From: Azolla caroliniana | Taxonomy: Eukaryota > Plantae > Polypodiophyta | DNA length: 9,889 nt | Assembly: GCA_043228905.1 (NCBI GenBank) | Contig: JBHGNT010001315.1 | Coordinates: forward strand, 1-9,889 | Direction: 5' to 3' | In this document: in pieces, positions 8,808 to 9,889 of the stretch | Numbering within the stretch: position 1 is the stretch's first letter | How the letters are laid out: every line of letters starts with the position of its first letter | The notes under the pieces: generated by a model | Told to the model about the DNA's origin: nothing | The model's input: the letters and a program-made list of their open reading frames with translations, nothing else | Database searches by the model: none | Made by a program: the position numbers and the translations under genes

Positions 8808-9463
8808 CATAGTACGTAAATTTTGTGCTCGTCTACTATATCATTCGTTTTCGTACGTTGGAAAACGAACACGAATGATATTCAAATATTCGTGTGTTTT
8901 TTTTTACCCTTTTTTTACCCTTTTTTTTGGGTTTTTTACTTCTTTTCCCCCCTTTTCCTATACACATCAACCCTACGCTCTGCTCTCCTCCCCTTTTCCC
9001 CCTTTTCCCCCTTTTCCTTGAACGATCTATTGCTTGCATCGTGCACATTAGTCAATAGTGAGTCAGTGACCACATCTTCTCCCAGCCATTATTTTCTGTA
9101 ATTTTTCACTAATTTTTGTAATTTTTGTAATTTTTTCGTAATTTCTATAATTTCTCTATAAGTTCTTTAATTTCTGTAATTTTGTTGTAATTTTGTTGTA
9201 ATTTTTGTAATTGTTTTGTAATTTCTATAATTTTTATATTTTCTGTAATTTCTCTATAATTTCTGTAATTTCTATAATTTTGTTGTAATTTCTGTTATTA
9301 CGAAGGTAATGTTTTCTTTTGCAATTTTAAAATATTTACCTTATAGTAAATAATTTATCCAAAAGTATGGTATTTATCATTCTTCGAGGGTGTTTACCCT
9401 TCTCGAATGATTGAATCATTCTCGAACACGAATGTACGAATGGTACGCATGGTTCATACTATG
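8808..9463. mobile_element. Non-autonomous hAT-like DNA transposon (656 bp)
   Basis: TIR CATAGTAcG / CaTACTATG. 8-bp TSD CCCCAAAC (8800-8807) versus CCCGAAAC (9464-9471). ACGAA/TTCG-rich subterminal regions. Removal restores LRVFGCFGYMHVP in frame. Confidence 0.88.
9097..9295 (+). repeat. Degenerate ~9-11-bp tandem array (TGTAATTT/TATAATTT core) inside the hAT-like element
   Basis: Repeated TGTAATTT(T/C) and CTATAATTT units. Confidence 0.85.
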
Positions 9464-9889
9464 CCCGAAACATCCGAACACCCTCAGGTGTTGGTAGGAG
9501 ACATCCTTCCCTGTTCACACTCTCTGTGGGACATCACCTTGTAATGGTACTTAGGGAGACATGTTGATAAGATAAACAATTGTGTACATCGCCTTAGCCC
9601 AATAGGATTTCGGCAGTTTCGCATGAGAGAGCATGCTCCTTAGCCTCTCCATGATTGTTCAATTCATCCTCTCTGCAAGCCCATTCAACTCTGAGGTGTT
9701 TGGCACTGTGTATTCGATCCGAATGCCTTGGCACTTGCAGTATTCCTCGAATTGCCCTCTATACTTGCCACCATTGTCAGTTCGAACAGTTTTCAACTTC
9801 CGACTTGACTCTCATTCAGTTCTAGCCTGGAACTCCTTGAAAACCGATAGTACTTGATCTTTCGACTTTAGTACGAAGGCCCATGTCTT
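9464..9889 (-). pseudogene. pol: Copia B integrase core (partial)
   Basis: Manual translation gives KTWAFVLKSKDQVLSVFKEF...VRTDNGGKY...ELNGLAERMN*TIMERLRSML...YWAKA...HLRVFGC with four in-frame stops. It is not in the ORF track. Confidence 0.93.

Larger units (their letters stand above)
6142..9889 (-). mobile_element. Ty1/copia LTR retrotransposon B, Tnt1/Tork-like (3' half, degenerate)
   Basis: The minus strand reads integrase, RT, RNase H, PPT, 3' LTR. RT motifs [36 protein letters not shown] and LLYVDDML resemble Tnt1. Confidence 0.95.

Noticed and set aside
8791-9101. Phe/Pro-rich and Lys-rich ORFs
   Set aside because: They are low-complexity pyrimidine tracts within the hAT-like element.
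9097-9295. CRISPR array or telomeric repeat
   Set aside because: The units are short and degenerate with no spacers, and are not TTTAGGG-like.

Overview
This window is a stack of nested, decayed plant-type transposons with no host gene. The outermost layer is a Ty3/gypsy-type integrase remnant (~77-550, +) that the ORF track misses, fused to an LTR-like segment (~551-872). The integrase is interrupted by a 148-bp fold-back insertion (210-357) with 50-bp inverted arms, TGT...ACA ends and a 5-bp target duplication. Ty1/copia element A (+) follows, with a 5' LTR (~873-1248), an initiator-Met PBS and a degenerate gag-pol. A is interrupted by a 506-bp solo LTR (4101-4606, TSD TAAAG). At the end of its RNase H it is also interrupted by a second, Tnt1/Tork-like copia element B on the minus strand (3' LTR 6142-6680, PPT, RNase H, RT, integrase, running off the right edge). 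B's integrase carries a 656-bp non-autonomous hAT-like element (8808-9463, 8-bp TSD). Removing each of the three short insertions plus one TSD copy restores the host reading frame. The most unusual item is the 148-bp element: it has a MITE-like shape but the integration signature of a retroviral-type integrase.
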